Below, piece by piece: positions 49,445-61,220 of a stretch of 64,000 nucleotides of DNA. Where the stretch lies: assembly GCA_963737265.1 (NCBI GenBank), contig CAVTRY010000014.1:32001-96000 (forward strand), read 5' to 3'. The notes beneath the pieces are model-generated. The model did no database searches. It was given only the letters and a program-made list of their open reading frames with translations, and was not told the origin of the DNA. Positions within the stretch are counted from its first letter, which is position 1; every line of letters begins with the position of its first letter. The position numbers were made by a program, and so were the translations under genes. The DNA comes from an uncultured delta proteobacterium. GTDB taxonomy: Bacteria; Myxococcota_A; Polyangia; Fen-1088.

Positions 49445-51088
49445 CTAGAAGTCGTCCGGCGAGAGTCTCCCGGCCCGAGGGGCAGGAGACGGCTCCGCGG
49501 AGCTTGGGGGTGACGATCCATGACCTCGGTGCTCATCCGCCTGTGGGCGGGCCGCGCGCAAGGGTCGCGCTCGGTTCCGGTCAGACGGGCCCGCCGATAC
49601 CGGTTTTCCCATCGCGCTTGTCGCTGACGCCGATGGGGGTGTCGGCGACACGGTCTGCTTGCCGGGCCCATCGCTCGGGGCCGCACCAGGTCCGCCCGGG
49701 ATTGCCACCGCTGGAGTCTCTGGAACTGTTTCGTTTGCCTTGAGTGGCGCGACGACCGGCACGCGCGCGACCACCGCCTGGGAAGCGGTGGCGCTTGGCG
49801 CTGGCGCCTTTGCCGAGCGGTGCAAGCCAGCTGGATGGGGAATCGCCAACCAAAGAATCAGGATGAGAACGGCAGCGAATATCGCGCTGATGATGCCTCG
49901 CCTCGCCAAGAAACGCCGGCTGGAAGCGATGAGCGTAACCCGGGCGGTGCGAGGTACGGCAGACTCTCCGGTCCGATTGAGCGCCACCACCCGACGCGAC
50001 GTTTCGCCATCCCTGATTTCAGCTAAACGAGGCAGGGTGTAGAGCGCCATCGTCTCATTGGCTTCATGCGGAGCCGAGGGCTCCGTTTTGGACGGTACTT
50101 GCACGATCGAGTCAGCCACACCCGATAGCGGCTCGCGCAGTGAAAACAGGGGTACCCCGGCGAGCGGAGTCATCGTGCGCGGTAGTGAAGACTTGGGCAG
50201 CAGATGGTCTTCAACCGCGCCGATGAAGTGGTCGAGACTCGGGAACCGATCGCTCGCCTCCTTGGCCATGGCTCGCTCGATGATTTGGACGACCGCGAAG
50301 GGCAGGTCGGGGCGGAGATGGCTAAGCTTGGGCGGCGGCTCGCTGAGGATGCGCATGAGGAGCGCCGGGCCGGGCTCGCCAGGAAATGGAATCTGGCCAG
50401 TCAAGGCTTCGAAAAACAAGACGCCAAAGCCGTAAACATCAGCACGTGCGTCGATGTTGGGCGCGCCCGCAATGTGCTCGGGCGACATATAGGCGGGCGT
50501 GCCGAGGGTGGATAGCTGCACGGTGGCCGCCGAATGATCGATGGCCCTCTCCATCATCAGCGAGATGCCAAAATCGAGCACCTTGGTCGTCACCAGACGC
50601 CCATCGGGACCAACGCAGAGGAAGATGTTCTGTGGCTTGAGGTCGCGATGGACCACACCCTGAGCGTTGGCTGCCGAAACGCCGCGCATCGCCGGCAATA
50701 GCAACGCCGCCGCCTCTTCGATGCTGAGGGTTCCTTTTTTGGCCAGATAGTTGCCGAAGGGCTCCCCTTCCAGCAATTCCATCACGATGCAAGTCATGCC
50801 CTCGTGGTCGATCACGTCGAAGACATTGACGACGTTCGGATGATTTACCCGGCTGGCCACCAAGGCCTCGCGACGAAACAGCTCGGCCGCTTCCCCGCTG
50901 GATGCAAACGAACGCAGAATGACCTTGAGCGCGACCCGTTTGCCAGTCCGTTCGTTGACGCCGGCCCACACCGCCGCCATCCCGCCCTTCCCCAAGAGCT
51001 TATCGATACGGTACTTCTCGGCGACGATCTGGCCCGGGCGCAGAATCGTTTCGAGAGTTCCTTGTATCTCCGTTTCGCCTATTATCAC
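49445..51088 (-). CDS. Hanks-type Ser/Thr protein kinase with TM and Pro-rich tail
   Basis: LGKGGMAAV, VALK, HRDLKPQN, DFG, GTPAYMSPE. Confidence 0.96.
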   Translation of the reverse strand: MIIGETEIQGTLETILRPGQIVAEKYRIDKLLGKGGMAAVWAGVNERTGKRVALKVILRSFASSGEAAELFRREALVASRVNHPNVVNVFDVIDHEGMTCIVMELLEGEPFGNYLAKKGTLSIEEAAALLLPAMRGVSAANAQGVVHRDLKPQNIFLCVGPDGRLVTTKVLDFGISLMMERAIDHSAATVQLSTLGTPAYMSPEHIAGAPNIDARADVYGFGVLFFEALTGQIPFPGEPGPALLMRILSEPPPKLSHLRPDLPFAVVQIIERAMAKEASDRFPSLDHFIGAVEDHLLPKSSLPRTMTPLAGVPLFSLREPLSGVADSIVQVPSKTEPSAPHEANETMALYTLPRLAEIRDGETSRRVVALNRTGESAVPRTARVTLIASSRRFLARRGIISAIFAAVLILILWLAIPHPAGLHRSAKAPAPSATASQAVVARVPVVAPLKANETVPETPAVAIPGGPGAAPSDGPGKQTVSPTPPSASATSAMGKPVSAGPSDRNRARPLRAARPQADEHRGHGSSPPSSAEPSPAPRAGRLSPDDF

Positions 51089-51277
51089 GGCGCGCGCCCC
51101 CTAGGATGCCAAGGGGAGCCTGGTGGTTGCGTCGCCCAAGCCCAGCCCAAGGTAGGTTTATGTACGTTGAATTGGTAAGGGGAGGAAAAATACCACGAAT
51201 AGCGCGCTCCGGCCAGCTTCACGGTGAAGTGGTCTTAGGTGAAGTGCCTCACGGTGAACTCGGGCGAAGCAGGATCT

Positions 51278-52351
51278 TCAAATCCGGCGCGCGGGCTGCT
51301 GTTGGGTCAGGCAGTGCAGGGTGCCGAAGCCGAGCACCAGATCGACGGCATGAATCCCGACCACGGGGCGGTCGCGGAATAGCTCGCCGAGAATGCCGAG
51401 CGCCACGCGATCCGCGGGATCGTTGAAGGTCGGCACCAGTACGGCGGCGTTGGCGATGTAGAAATTGGCGTAGCTCGCGGGCAGGCGCCAGTCGCCGCAG
51501 AAAAGCGGCGCCGGCACCGGCAGCTCGACCACGTCGGGGCGCGAGCCATCTTCAAGGCGCGCGTCCTCCAGCCTTTCGCGATTGTCGCGCAACGGACGGT
51601 AGTTCACGTCCCTCGGGTTCTTCTCCTGAATGAGTACCATGGTCTTGCGATTGACGAAGCGGCACAGGTCGTCCACGTGGCCGTGGGTGTCGTCGCCCAC
51701 GATGCCGTGGCCAAGCCAGATGACCTTGCGCGCGCCGAGGTAGTCGCAAAACACGCGGTCATATTGCTCGCGGGTCATGCCGGGATTGCGGCACTGGGTG
51801 TTCTGATCGAGGAAGCATTCTTCCGTCGTGAGCAAGGTGCCGCGGCCGTTGACGTCGATGCCACCGCCCTCGAGAGCAACCATCCCATTTTCGCGAGTCG
51901 CTTTGAACACGCGTAGGCGCAGGCGTTCGGCGATGCTGCCGGCGATGAGGTCGTCCTTGTGCCAGTTGGCGTATTTGGCCCATGCGGTGAACTTGAACTT
52001 GGCGACGGCGACCTCGGGACGCGGGCCGGCTTTGCGCACGCAAATCGGCCCGAAATCGCGCGCCCAGCCGCGATCGCTCGGCGTGCGGAAGAATTCCACG
52101 TTGACCATGTTGGCGTGGGCACGTCCGAGAATTCTGCGCGCCTTGGCTTCCCTGGCCGCCGAATCGATCAGAATGCGAGCTTTTTCGCCTTCCGCGATCT
52201 TGCGCACCATCTCGCCGTAGACCCACTCGATGGCCGCCAATTTGCCCGGCCAATCGGTGCGGCAGTGGGGCCAGCCGAGCCACGTCGCTTCGTGCGGCTC
52301 CCACTCGGCGGGCATGGCGAAACCAAGGTCGGCAGGGGTTCGGGTCTTCAT
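51278..52351 (-). CDS. aguA: Agmatine deiminase
   Basis: MPAEWEPH, WARDFGP, LEGGGI, DDTHGHVD, ASYANFY, GTLHCLTQQQP. Confidence 0.95.
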   Translation of the reverse strand: MKTRTPADLGFAMPAEWEPHEATWLGWPHCRTDWPGKLAAIEWVYGEMVRKIAEGEKARILIDSAAREAKARRILGRAHANMVNVEFFRTPSDRGWARDFGPICVRKAGPRPEVAVAKFKFTAWAKYANWHKDDLIAGSIAERLRLRVFKATRENGMVALEGGGIDVNGRGTLLTTEECFLDQNTQCRNPGMTREQYDRVFCDYLGARKVIWLGHGIVGDDTHGHVDDLCRFVNRKTMVLIQEKNPRDVNYRPLRDNRERLEDARLEDGSRPDVVELPVPAPLFCGDWRLPASYANFYIANAAVLVPTFNDPADRVALGILGELFRDRPVVGIHAVDLVLGFGTLHCLTQQQPARRI

Positions 52352-52352
52352 T

Positions 52353-53246
<894 letters not shown>

Positions 53247-53293
53247 GCGCCCTCTTTACCTCAACGCCGCCGATCTTTCTATGCGGCGAGCGG

Positions 53294-54095
53294 CTAGCGC
53301 TTGGGGAAAATGTCGTGGACGAGGTCGGTGAATACCTCGAACGAGCGTTCGTCGGCATTCTTGTTGTACGCCTGGCCGGTCTTGACGTCCGAGCCCGCGC
53401 CCGCGTCGGTGAAGCTATGCACAGCGCCGCCGTAGACGGTCATCTGCCAATCGACGTTGTGGCTGCGCATTTCGTTCTGGAAGGCGAGAATGTCCGCCGG
53501 CTTCACGAAGGGATCGTCGGCGCCTTGCAAAACGACCACCTTGGTCCTGATGTTTTTGCCGTCGGCCGGATTGGGGCTGTCGAGCCCGCCGTGAAAGCTG
53601 ACCACGGCCTGCACATCCGCGCCCGCTCGGGCGAGCTCGATGACACCCGTGCCGCCGAAGCAGTAGCCGGCTGCCACGACCTCGGTGCCGTCGACTTCTT
53701 TTTGTTCGCGCAAAACTTCGAGGCCGCGCAGCACGCGTTCGCGGAACAGCTTGCGGTCGCCCTTGTACTTTCCAGACAGCGCCATCGCCTCCTGCGGTCC
53801 CTTGGCGCGTACCCCCTTGCCGTACACGTCGACCGCGAATACGGCCAATCCAAGCTTCGCCACGCGCTCGGCCTGCCGCTTGGTTTCGTCCGAAACGCCG
53901 AGCCAGTTGTGCACCATCAGCACGCCCGGAATTTTGCCCTTGATCGCCTGCGGATAGACGAACACCCCTTCGAAACTCTTGGTCGCCGATCTTGTAATCG
54001 ACGGTCCTGCTTTTCACCGCGACGGTTCCGGCCACGGCAGTCGACACCATTGCCAGAATCAATCCAACTGTCAGCATCGGCCGAGCAATCATCAT
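53294..54095 (-). CDS. Secreted dienelactone hydrolase family protein (frameshift near 53973)
   Basis: GYCFGG, VSFHG, GADD, AVHSFT. The signal peptide MMIARPMLTVGLILAM is in another frame. Confidence 0.9.
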
Positions 54096-54162
54096 CGGAA
54101 AATCTCCCTTTTTGTATGCGTTGTAGATGCCATTGCGAGTGGTCTGGTGACATTCTTCGCCC

Positions 54163-55434
54163 ATGAATGCTTGGCGTGTCGGAGCGCCGCTCGCGATGTG
54201 CTTCGCGCTTGCGTGGGCACCTCGGCGCGCGTCGACGCCACCGTTTGCTGTGGAACCCGTGCGGCCGAGCGCCGTATCGCTCGAAGCACCCGCGCCACCG
54301 CGAATTCTGTTGCACACACCTGAGAATCTGGCACTGCAAAAGCTACGCTGGAACACCGATCGGCAACATCCCGGTCCAGCGCTGGCCCGGCTTCTCGACG
54401 ACGCGCGAAAGGCCCTGGGCGAACGCCCATTCTCGGTGACCGAAAAAAAGGCAACTCCGCCGAGCGGCGACAAGCACGACTACTTGAGCTTGGCTCCCTA
54501 CGCCTGGCCCGATCCGAGCAGCCCCGGCGGACTGCCGTACGTGAACCGCGACGGCGAGGTCAACCCAGAGCGCGACAGCATTGCCGACCACCAGTATTTT
54601 TCCCGCCTGGCCAATCTAACCGAAACCTTGGGCCTGGCCTATTTTTTAACCGGAGATGAGAGCTACGCTCGGCACGCGGCGCTGTTGCTGCGAACCTTCT
54701 TCGTCGATCCCGCGACGCGCATGAATCCAAATTTGAAATTCGCGCAAGGCGTGCGCGGCAAGGAAGATGGGCGGCCCGCCGGCATCATCGATACCGTTTC
54801 CATCGCCCGCCTCCTCGACGGCGTCGGGCTTCTCCGCGGCAGCAAGTCCCTGGCGAAGGAAGACGAGCAACGACTCGACGGCTGGTTTCGCGAGTACCTT
54901 TCGTGGCTGCGCGACAGCGAGCTCGGGCGCAAGGAAGGTCAGTCCAAGAACAACCACGGAACCTGGTATGACGTGCAGGTCGTCTCCCTCGCGCTGGCCA
55001 CCGGTCAGGTAGGTCTTGCGCGCGAGGTGCTGGAATTCAGCCACAAGCGCCGCATCGGCCGCGAAATCGAGCCTGACGGCCGACAGCCCGAAGAGCTTCG
55101 CCGCACGCGATCTTGGCACTACGCCGTCTACAATTTGCAGGCCTTGGTTGCGCTGGCGAATCTGGGCGACAGTATCGGTGTCGATCTCTGGCACTACCAA
55201 ACCCCCGACGGCCGTTCACTTCGCAAGGCGATCGAATGGCTGATTCCATTTGCCCGCGGCGAGCAATCCTGGCCCGCCCAAAATATCGACGGGATGAAAG
55301 TCGAAGAATTGTGGCCAGTCGTGCGCGAGGCAGCGGATCGGCTGCACGATGCGCGCCTGCTTCAGATTTCGTCGACCTTGGCTGGAGCGGGCACGGCCAG
55401 GGACCGGCTGCTGCTCTTTCTCGACGAGCGCTGA
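54163..55434 (+). CDS. Alginate lyase family polysaccharide lyase
   Basis: GDKHDYLSLAPYAWPDP, RDGEVNPE, MNPNL, NNHGTWYD, ELRRTRSWHY. Confidence 0.9.
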   Translation: MNAWRVGAPLAMCFALAWAPRRASTPPFAVEPVRPSAVSLEAPAPPRILLHTPENLALQKLRWNTDRQHPGPALARLLDDARKALGERPFSVTEKKATPPSGDKHDYLSLAPYAWPDPSSPGGLPYVNRDGEVNPERDSIADHQYFSRLANLTETLGLAYFLTGDESYARHAALLLRTFFVDPATRMNPNLKFAQGVRGKEDGRPAGIIDTVSIARLLDGVGLLRGSKSLAKEDEQRLDGWFREYLSWLRDSELGRKEGQSKNNHGTWYDVQVVSLALATGQVGLAREVLEFSHKRRIGREIEPDGRQPEELRRTRSWHYAVYNLQALVALANLGDSIGVDLWHYQTPDGRSLRKAIEWLIPFARGEQSWPAQNIDGMKVEELWPVVREAADRLHDARLLQISSTLAGAGTARDRLLLFLDER

Positions 55435-55542
55435 AGAACTGTCCAAGAATTGGTAGTTCTTCAGCAGCCGAGCCAAGGGCGCGGCTGCAAGTGGCCTGAA
55501 GTCCGCGAATTTACTTCGCGCAAGAGGGGAGGGCCGCGGCCC
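55435..55542. repeat. Intergenic repeat family C, copy 2
   Basis: Starts right after the lyase TGA stop and matches 21651-21759. Confidence 0.82.
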
Positions 55543-55742
55543 ACAGGCACTAACCGGATGGGCAACGAAAGGTCGAGCATGCCGCCTCACGCAGCGAGGC
55601 GGGTGAGAGGTTATGTCGCGCCGGACTCCTCATCCCAACCTTCTCCTCGGCGGACCGGGGAGAAGGGGCCAGATTTCTCCGTCAGGCATCGCTTGACACG
55701 TATCAGATACGCCGAATTCCTCCGTCAGGCGTCGGCTAATGC

Positions 55743-56228
55743 CTATGGGGCCGCGGCCCTCCCTCCAACAATCGCCGCGCGCAGATGGACTTCGCGTTCG
55801 ACGGACACGAACATCGCGGGCAGCGACAGCGCCACCAGCCCGTCGGTGATCTTGCGCAGGATGAAGCCAGGCAGCGGGGCCGCGATCTCCATCGCGACCC
55901 GGTACTCCACGCGCGTGCCGCCGTCCTCGGCCGAAAAGCGCCAGCCGCCTTCGGAATTTTTCACCACCTCGCCCTCGACGTAGCGCCAGTCGACGGTCAA
56001 TGCAAAGGCGTCGCAATCGAGATCGAGCACGTAGCGAAAGGGCAACACGATGTTGCCGCGAAATTCCACGCGCGTGCGTTTTCCCTCGCTCGACAGCACG
56101 CGCGCCGCCTTGACTTCGGGAAAAAGGCGCGGATAGGCCGCGAAATCCACCACCACTGCGTAAGCCGCCGCGGGCGCGATACCTTTGAAGACGGCGATCT
56201 TGGAAACTGGAGCGAGCGGCGAAGACAC
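55743..56228 (-). CDS. SRPBCC/polyketide cyclase family protein
   Basis: YAVVVDFAAYPRLFP, EGGWRF, TRVEY. Confidence 0.85.
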   Translation of the reverse strand: MSSPLAPVSKIAVFKGIAPAAAYAVVVDFAAYPRLFPEVKAARVLSSEGKRTRVEFRGNIVLPFRYVLDLDCDAFALTVDWRYVEGEVVKNSEGGWRFSAEDGGTRVEYRVAMEIAAPLPGFILRKITDGLVALSLPAMFVSVEREVHLRAAIVGGRAAAP

Positions 56229-56291
56229 GGGGGCACTCTACCCGCTCTGCGCTCTTCGCGCCTCTGTGGTGGTGAATCCGGATCCGGATCT

Positions 56292-57117
56292 CTACTGCGG
56301 CTTCTTGCGGATAGCGAGCAGCTGATTGAGCGAACCCGACGAAAATCCCGCCAAGTCCAGCGCCACGAAGGTGAAACCGAGCCGGCGGCCGAGCTTGAAG
56401 AATCGCCGCGCGGGTCTCGGGCTCGACCGCGCGCGCGAGGGCGGCAGCTTCCAACTCCAGCCGCGCGATCTCGCCATGCCAGCGCGCGCGCACCTGGCGG
56501 AAACCGAGAGCGCGAAGACCGTCTTCGAACCGGTCGACCTGGTGCAGACGCTCGGGCGTGATCTCGGTGCCGTAGGGAAAGCGCGACGACAGGCAGGCAA
56601 GCTGCGGCTTGTCCCAGGTGGAAAGACCGAGCTCTTTCGACAGCTCGCGCACGTCGCCCTTCGACATGGCCGCATCGACAAGCGGCTGGCGCGCGCCGTG
56701 CTCCTTGGCCGCTTGCAAGCCGGGACGGTAGTCGCCGAGGTCGTCGGTGTTGGTGCCAAGCAGAATTTCCTTCAGCCCCAGGCGCTTGGCCACCGGCTGC
56801 GCGATGTCGAGCAGCTCGTCCTTGCAGTAAAAGCAGCGGTCCTTGGGATTCATGCGGAATTCGGGGCGCGACAGCTCGTGCGATTCCGCGACCTCGGTGC
56901 GCGCGCCGATTTCCGCCGCCAGCTCCAGCGCGGCCTTGCGTTCGCTGGCCGCCATGGTCGGCGACAGCGCCACCATGGCAACGCAACGTTCGCCGAGTAC
57001 GTCGTGGGCGACCTTGAGCACTAGGGTCGAATCCACGCCGCCCGAATAGCAAACCAGAGCCGAACCGCAGTCCGAAATCAAACTGCGCAGTCGTGTGTGC
57101 TTGTCAGCGAGAGTCAT
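56292..57117 (-). CDS. larE: ATP-dependent sulfur transferase LarE (frameshift near 56400)
   Basis: PP-loop YSGGVDS, RCFYCK, DLGDYRPG, ACLSSRFPYG. C-terminal GFTFVALDLAGFSSGSLN is in another frame. Confidence 0.92.
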
Positions 57118-57150
57118 CGTTTCTAGTTATAGCGCGGAAGTTTCTCAATT

Positions 57151-58473
57151 CTACTTGGCTACGGCCTCCGCCGAGCCGTCGCCGTGGTGGAAGGGCGCGA
57201 TGGCGGTGAAGAGAAGCGACGGCGCCGCCGCCAGCAGTACGATGATGAAGTAGGTCTGGTAGCCAACGGCTTGCTGGATGTAGCCGCTGGCCGCGCCGGT
57301 CACCGTCATGCACATGCTGAGTCCGAAACCCGTCGCGAACGCGTAGTGCGCCATCCGGTACGGCCCGGGCGCGATCTGCTGCATCATGTACACCATGTGC
57401 CCGACCGCACCGATGCCCCAGCCGAGTTTTTCGATGCAGAAGATGGCGCCGATGATCCACAGGCTCTCTGGGCGCACCCAGCCAAGGTAGAGAAACGTTA
57501 CGTTGGGCACATTCAGGAACAGACACAAAATCAGCAGCGACCGCTTGAGGCCGCGCTTGGCGACGAACCACCCGCCAACCAGCGATCCCACGATGAAGGC
57601 GGCCGTCGCGATGCCATTGAGTAGCCCGAGCTTGCTGTTGTCGAGGCCCAACCCGCCATGCGCGCGCGAATCGAGCAGGAACAGCGTCGACACCTTGTCG
57701 AGCAACCCCAGGCCGAAGCGATAGAAAAAGGCGAAGCCAATCAGCTTCCACACGTCCCTTTTCTGAAAGAACGTGACGAACACGCGGCCGAACATGACGA
57801 AGCCCTCGCCGAGCGACTTGGGCGCGTCGGCGGCCTTCGACCCTTGCGGCAGAAAGGCCGTGTGCCACAGCGCCATGCCCAGCATCAACGCGCCGAGTAG
57901 AATGAAGGTGATCATCCACGCCGAGGAATAGGCCCCGACCGAGGGCTTAAGCCCGCCGCCCTCGCCCGCCAGTTTCCCGACCAGCAAGACCAACGCGCTG
58001 CCCGCCACGATGGGACCGATGCTCCAGCTCATGCTTTGCACGCCTGAAAACGCGGCCTGATGCTTGTTGCTGAGCGTGGTCACGTAAACGCCGTCGGTCA
58101 CCAGATCCTGCGTCGCTCCGGCCAGCGCCGCGATCATGAGCAGCCCCACCGCCGGCGCCACGAACGCTGGTAGCTTGAGCGCCGCGGCCAGCGCCATGAA
58201 AATCCCGGCAAGAACGAGCTGCATCAAGACCACGAAGAATTTCTTAGTCTTGCCGAGCTCAAGCAGCGGCGCCCACAGCGGCTTAAACGTGAATGCGAAT
58301 CCCGTCAGGCTCGAATAGAGAGCCGACTGTTCGTTGGAGAACCCCAGATTCGCAAACATGATGTTCGCCGCCGTGGTGACCATGGTGTACACGGTCCCCA
58401 TCGCGAAGTAGCTGGTGGGTACCCAAAGAATGGGATGCTTGTAGCTTGGCTTGACGTCGCTGTCGGTGTTCAT
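57151..58473 (-). CDS. AmpG-like MFS permease
   Basis: WVPTSYFAMG, KPLWAP, ATQDLVTDGVY, AHYAFATG; many TMs. Confidence 0.88.
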   Translation of the reverse strand: MNTDSDVKPSYKHPILWVPTSYFAMGTVYTMVTTAANIMFANLGFSNEQSALYSSLTGFAFTFKPLWAPLLELGKTKKFFVVLMQLVLAGIFMALAAALKLPAFVAPAVGLLMIAALAGATQDLVTDGVYVTTLSNKHQAAFSGVQSMSWSIGPIVAGSALVLLVGKLAGEGGGLKPSVGAYSSAWMITFILLGALMLGMALWHTAFLPQGSKAADAPKSLGEGFVMFGRVFVTFFQKRDVWKLIGFAFFYRFGLGLLDKVSTLFLLDSRAHGGLGLDNSKLGLLNGIATAAFIVGSLVGGWFVAKRGLKRSLLILCLFLNVPNVTFLYLGWVRPESLWIIGAIFCIEKLGWGIGAVGHMVYMMQQIAPGPYRMAHYAFATGFGLSMCMTVTGAASGYIQQAVGYQTYFIIVLLAAAPSLLFTAIAPFHHGDGSAEAVAK

Positions 58474-58760
58474 GGGGGTGGCCGCCGATGATACGCGTTT
58501 ACGCGGCGGCAACAACCCCCCATGCGGTTCCAGCGGTTCCACCTCGTGCTGCGCGCCGCTGCCACGCCACCTCCGTTGTGAGCCCCAACACCAAGTCCGC
58601 CCCGAAAACGCCGGATAACGCGAGATTCGGCCGGGAAATCCCGCCCGCGAATGCTAGTCTCAGCGTCTGGCGCTCTCGCCCCTTTTTGAGTAGTATGCCG
58701 GCGATTTGGCTGCCCCTCCCCGCATTGGGGCCGTCGCCACCCACAGATGATGAGGACCCC

Positions 58761-59756
58761 ATGAAAACTTCGCTCCGCCTTGTTTCAGGTTTGCTGTCCG
58801 GCGCCGCCGTCGTGGCGCTGGCCTTCGCTGGCTCAAACTGCTCGCCGACTGGTGGCTCGCTCGGCGGAAGCAGCGGCAGCGGCTCGGGTGGATACACGTC
58901 CTCCGGGTCGGGAGGGAACAGCGGCAGCAATGGCGGCTCGAACACCGGCAACGGTGGCTCCTCCGCCAGCAACGGCGGTGCGCACACCAACGGCGGCTCC
59001 TCCGTCAGCAACGGCGGCGCGACCAGCAACGGCGGCGCAACCGTAACGAGCAACGGCGGCGCGACCAGCAACGGTGGCTCCTCCGCCAGCAACGGCGGCG
59101 CGACCGTAACGAGTAACGGTGGCGCGACCGTAACGAGTAACGGCGGCGCCACAACCAGCAGCAGCACCCCGACTGGAAAGACGGTGACATTCACAACCGG
59201 CAAAGCCTCGGGCGCCATGGTCGGCTACGGCTGGGTTGCCCTGGGTTCGGAGGACACGATAAGTGACCCAACCTGCGGTGCCACCAAGGCGGCTATCACG
59301 CAAGCCGCGCCGTGCGCCACCGCCACGAATTGGTCGAGCACCAGTTCTCTCTGCATAACAGGCTCCATCCCCATCGTATCGGGTCCCACTGACTACACCC
59401 CGAACTGGGGCGTCTCGGTAGGTGTGAACGCCACCGATCCAGCCGGCTCAGGCCTCGGCCAGCAGTTTACGTCGGTCACGATAGCCGTAACTGGCTCGCC
59501 GACGTCGGGTCTGCGCGCCATTGTCCATAGGAAGGGTGATACGGATCAAGTTACCTACTGCTCCCCCTTGACGTCGGGCACGGCCATCCCATTCGCTTCC
59601 TTCACCACAGCCTGCTTTACACCCGCAACCCCGGGAACGGCGCTCACGGCTGCGGACGTGCTCAACGTCGACAAGCTCAGCGTCCAGGTTTCGTCGGGCA
59701 CTGCGGCGGCGATCACCGTGACCAGCCTCTGCATCACTGGCATCACGTTTCAGTAA
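58761..59756 (+). CDS. Secreted/lipoprotein with SNGG-repeat linker and C-terminal beta domain
   Basis: Signal peptide ending AGSNC, about ten (S/T)NGG units, Cys-containing C-terminal domain. Confidence 0.75.
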   Translation: MKTSLRLVSGLLSGAAVVALAFAGSNCSPTGGSLGGSSGSGSGGYTSSGSGGNSGSNGGSNTGNGGSSASNGGAHTNGGSSVSNGGATSNGGATVTSNGGATSNGGSSASNGGATVTSNGGATVTSNGGATTSSSTPTGKTVTFTTGKASGAMVGYGWVALGSEDTISDPTCGATKAAITQAAPCATATNWSSTSSLCITGSIPIVSGPTDYTPNWGVSVGVNATDPAGSGLGQQFTSVTIAVTGSPTSGLRAIVHRKGDTDQVTYCSPLTSGTAIPFASFTTACFTPATPGTALTAADVLNVDKLSVQVSSGTAAAITVTSLCITGITFQ

Positions 59757-59867
59757 GTCATCTCTTCGTGACCCCATCGAAGTAGGGCGCACAGACGCTC
59801 CGCTTTCGTTGTGCGGAGAACGTCATCGGCATCTTGCCGCGAAGGATGCCAACGTGGTCGTGCATCG

Positions 59868-61085
59868 TCAATTGCACGCCTGCGCCCCGACATCGTAGCC
59901 TGTGCCCGTCTGGCCGCAACTGCCATTGCCAAACATGTCGAGACAGAAAGTGGTTTGGAGGTGGTACGGCTGACCGCACGCGGCAGTGGTGAATGATGTG
60001 CAGGGGTTGACGGTGCCGGCACACGTACACCCTCCGATAACCTGGCAAGTCCCTGACACGATTCCGCAAATCGCGGTACCACAGGTTCCGGCAGCGGGTC
60101 CGTTCGACTCCGGCGTTTCCTGCCCGTCGCAGTTGTAGTCGAAGCTGACGCAGGCGTCGGCGGTGGTGAAGTACGCGGTCTGACCGGGGTGGGCGTTGGC
60201 GTCGCTGTCGCAGCAGTCGCCGGACTTGTTGGCGTAGCCTGTCGGGACAGTGGTGCCGCACTGTTGGACCGATGCGCTGGTGCCGTAGCTGTCGCCATCG
60301 CCATCCACATAGAAGGTGCTGCACACGCCGGTCAGGCACTGCGTGCCCGCCGTGCAAGATTGGCCGTCGACGAGATAGCAGGATCCGCCGGAACAGGTCG
60401 ACCCCGTGGCGCAGGTCCGGCCGCAGCTACCGCAGTTGGCGTTGCTCGTCAGCGATACGCAAGCGCCACTGCATCCCGTTAGGCCCGTGGCACAGCAGGT
60501 GGCGTTGGAGCAATTCCCACTGGCACACTGACTGCTGTTTTGGCAGACGCCACCAGGACCGACCAGATCTACACAGGCGCCGCCCGTGCAGTATTTCCCA
60601 GAGGCACAGGGCTGCGGGGCATAGGCATTAACCCAAAAACTTGCGATTTCTCCGCGGTGACGCCGCCTGCTGCTCGCAAATGCGCACCGGGTTCGCCCGG
60701 CGGTTGAGGAGAACCGGCCGATTGCACGACTGCCGGAACCTCGACTGCGTGGTTTTGCTTGGCCAGCATGTCCTCGCACTCGGCGATGTGTTTCTGCGCG
60801 TCGGCCTTGTCGCTCTCGCTTAGCCGCTTGCCTACGCGTAGATATTCCCGGAAACTAGAGATCGCCTCGGAAAGGTTGTTTTTCTGTTCTAGACAGTCTG
60901 GCCTTGTTTAAAATGTACGTCTCATTTTTTGTGTCGACGAACATCTCGGAAAGGATCGCCACGCCCTTGGCGTAATGGCCCGAAAGGCAAGACGTTCTCG
61001 CCATGCGCTCCTGCGCCTGCCGGCTGGCCACCAGCGCCGGCGGACTTAAAGCGAGCAGCGCCAACACACAAAGAGGGGCGAACAT
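59868..61085 (-). pseudogene. Fragmented TPR + Cys-rich repeat surface protein gene(s)
   Basis: Signal plus TPR start (61085-60895), TPR continuation AISSFREYLR in a second frame, and a Cys-rich part (NCGSCGRTC, FYVDGDGDSYG, DCCDSDANAHPG, DYNCDG) in a third frame with no clear start. Confidence 0.6.
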
Positions 61086-61192
61086 CGGTCGGTGTCGCCG
61101 TAACTGTCTCTCGCGTCCGTCAGTCTGGCTCATCGCGGCGGATCATGCAGTCTCGGCTTGCCGCTGGCAAGAATGTTTGGAGGTGGAAGCGC

Positions 61193-61214
61193 AAAGCCGG
61201 CCTCGCGGCCGGCT
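61193..61214 (-). terminator. Rho-independent terminator-like hairpin; group IIC intron target
   Basis: GCCGGCC-TCGC-GGCCGGC followed by TTT on the minus strand, 7 nt from the intron 5' end. Confidence 0.75.
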
Positions 61215-61220
61215 CATCGG

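Noticed and set aside
55590-55680. Novel ncRNA in the lyase-SRPBCC gap
   Set aside because: Looks like a common REP-type CCTTCTCC...GGAGAAGG hairpin; single copy here with no further support.
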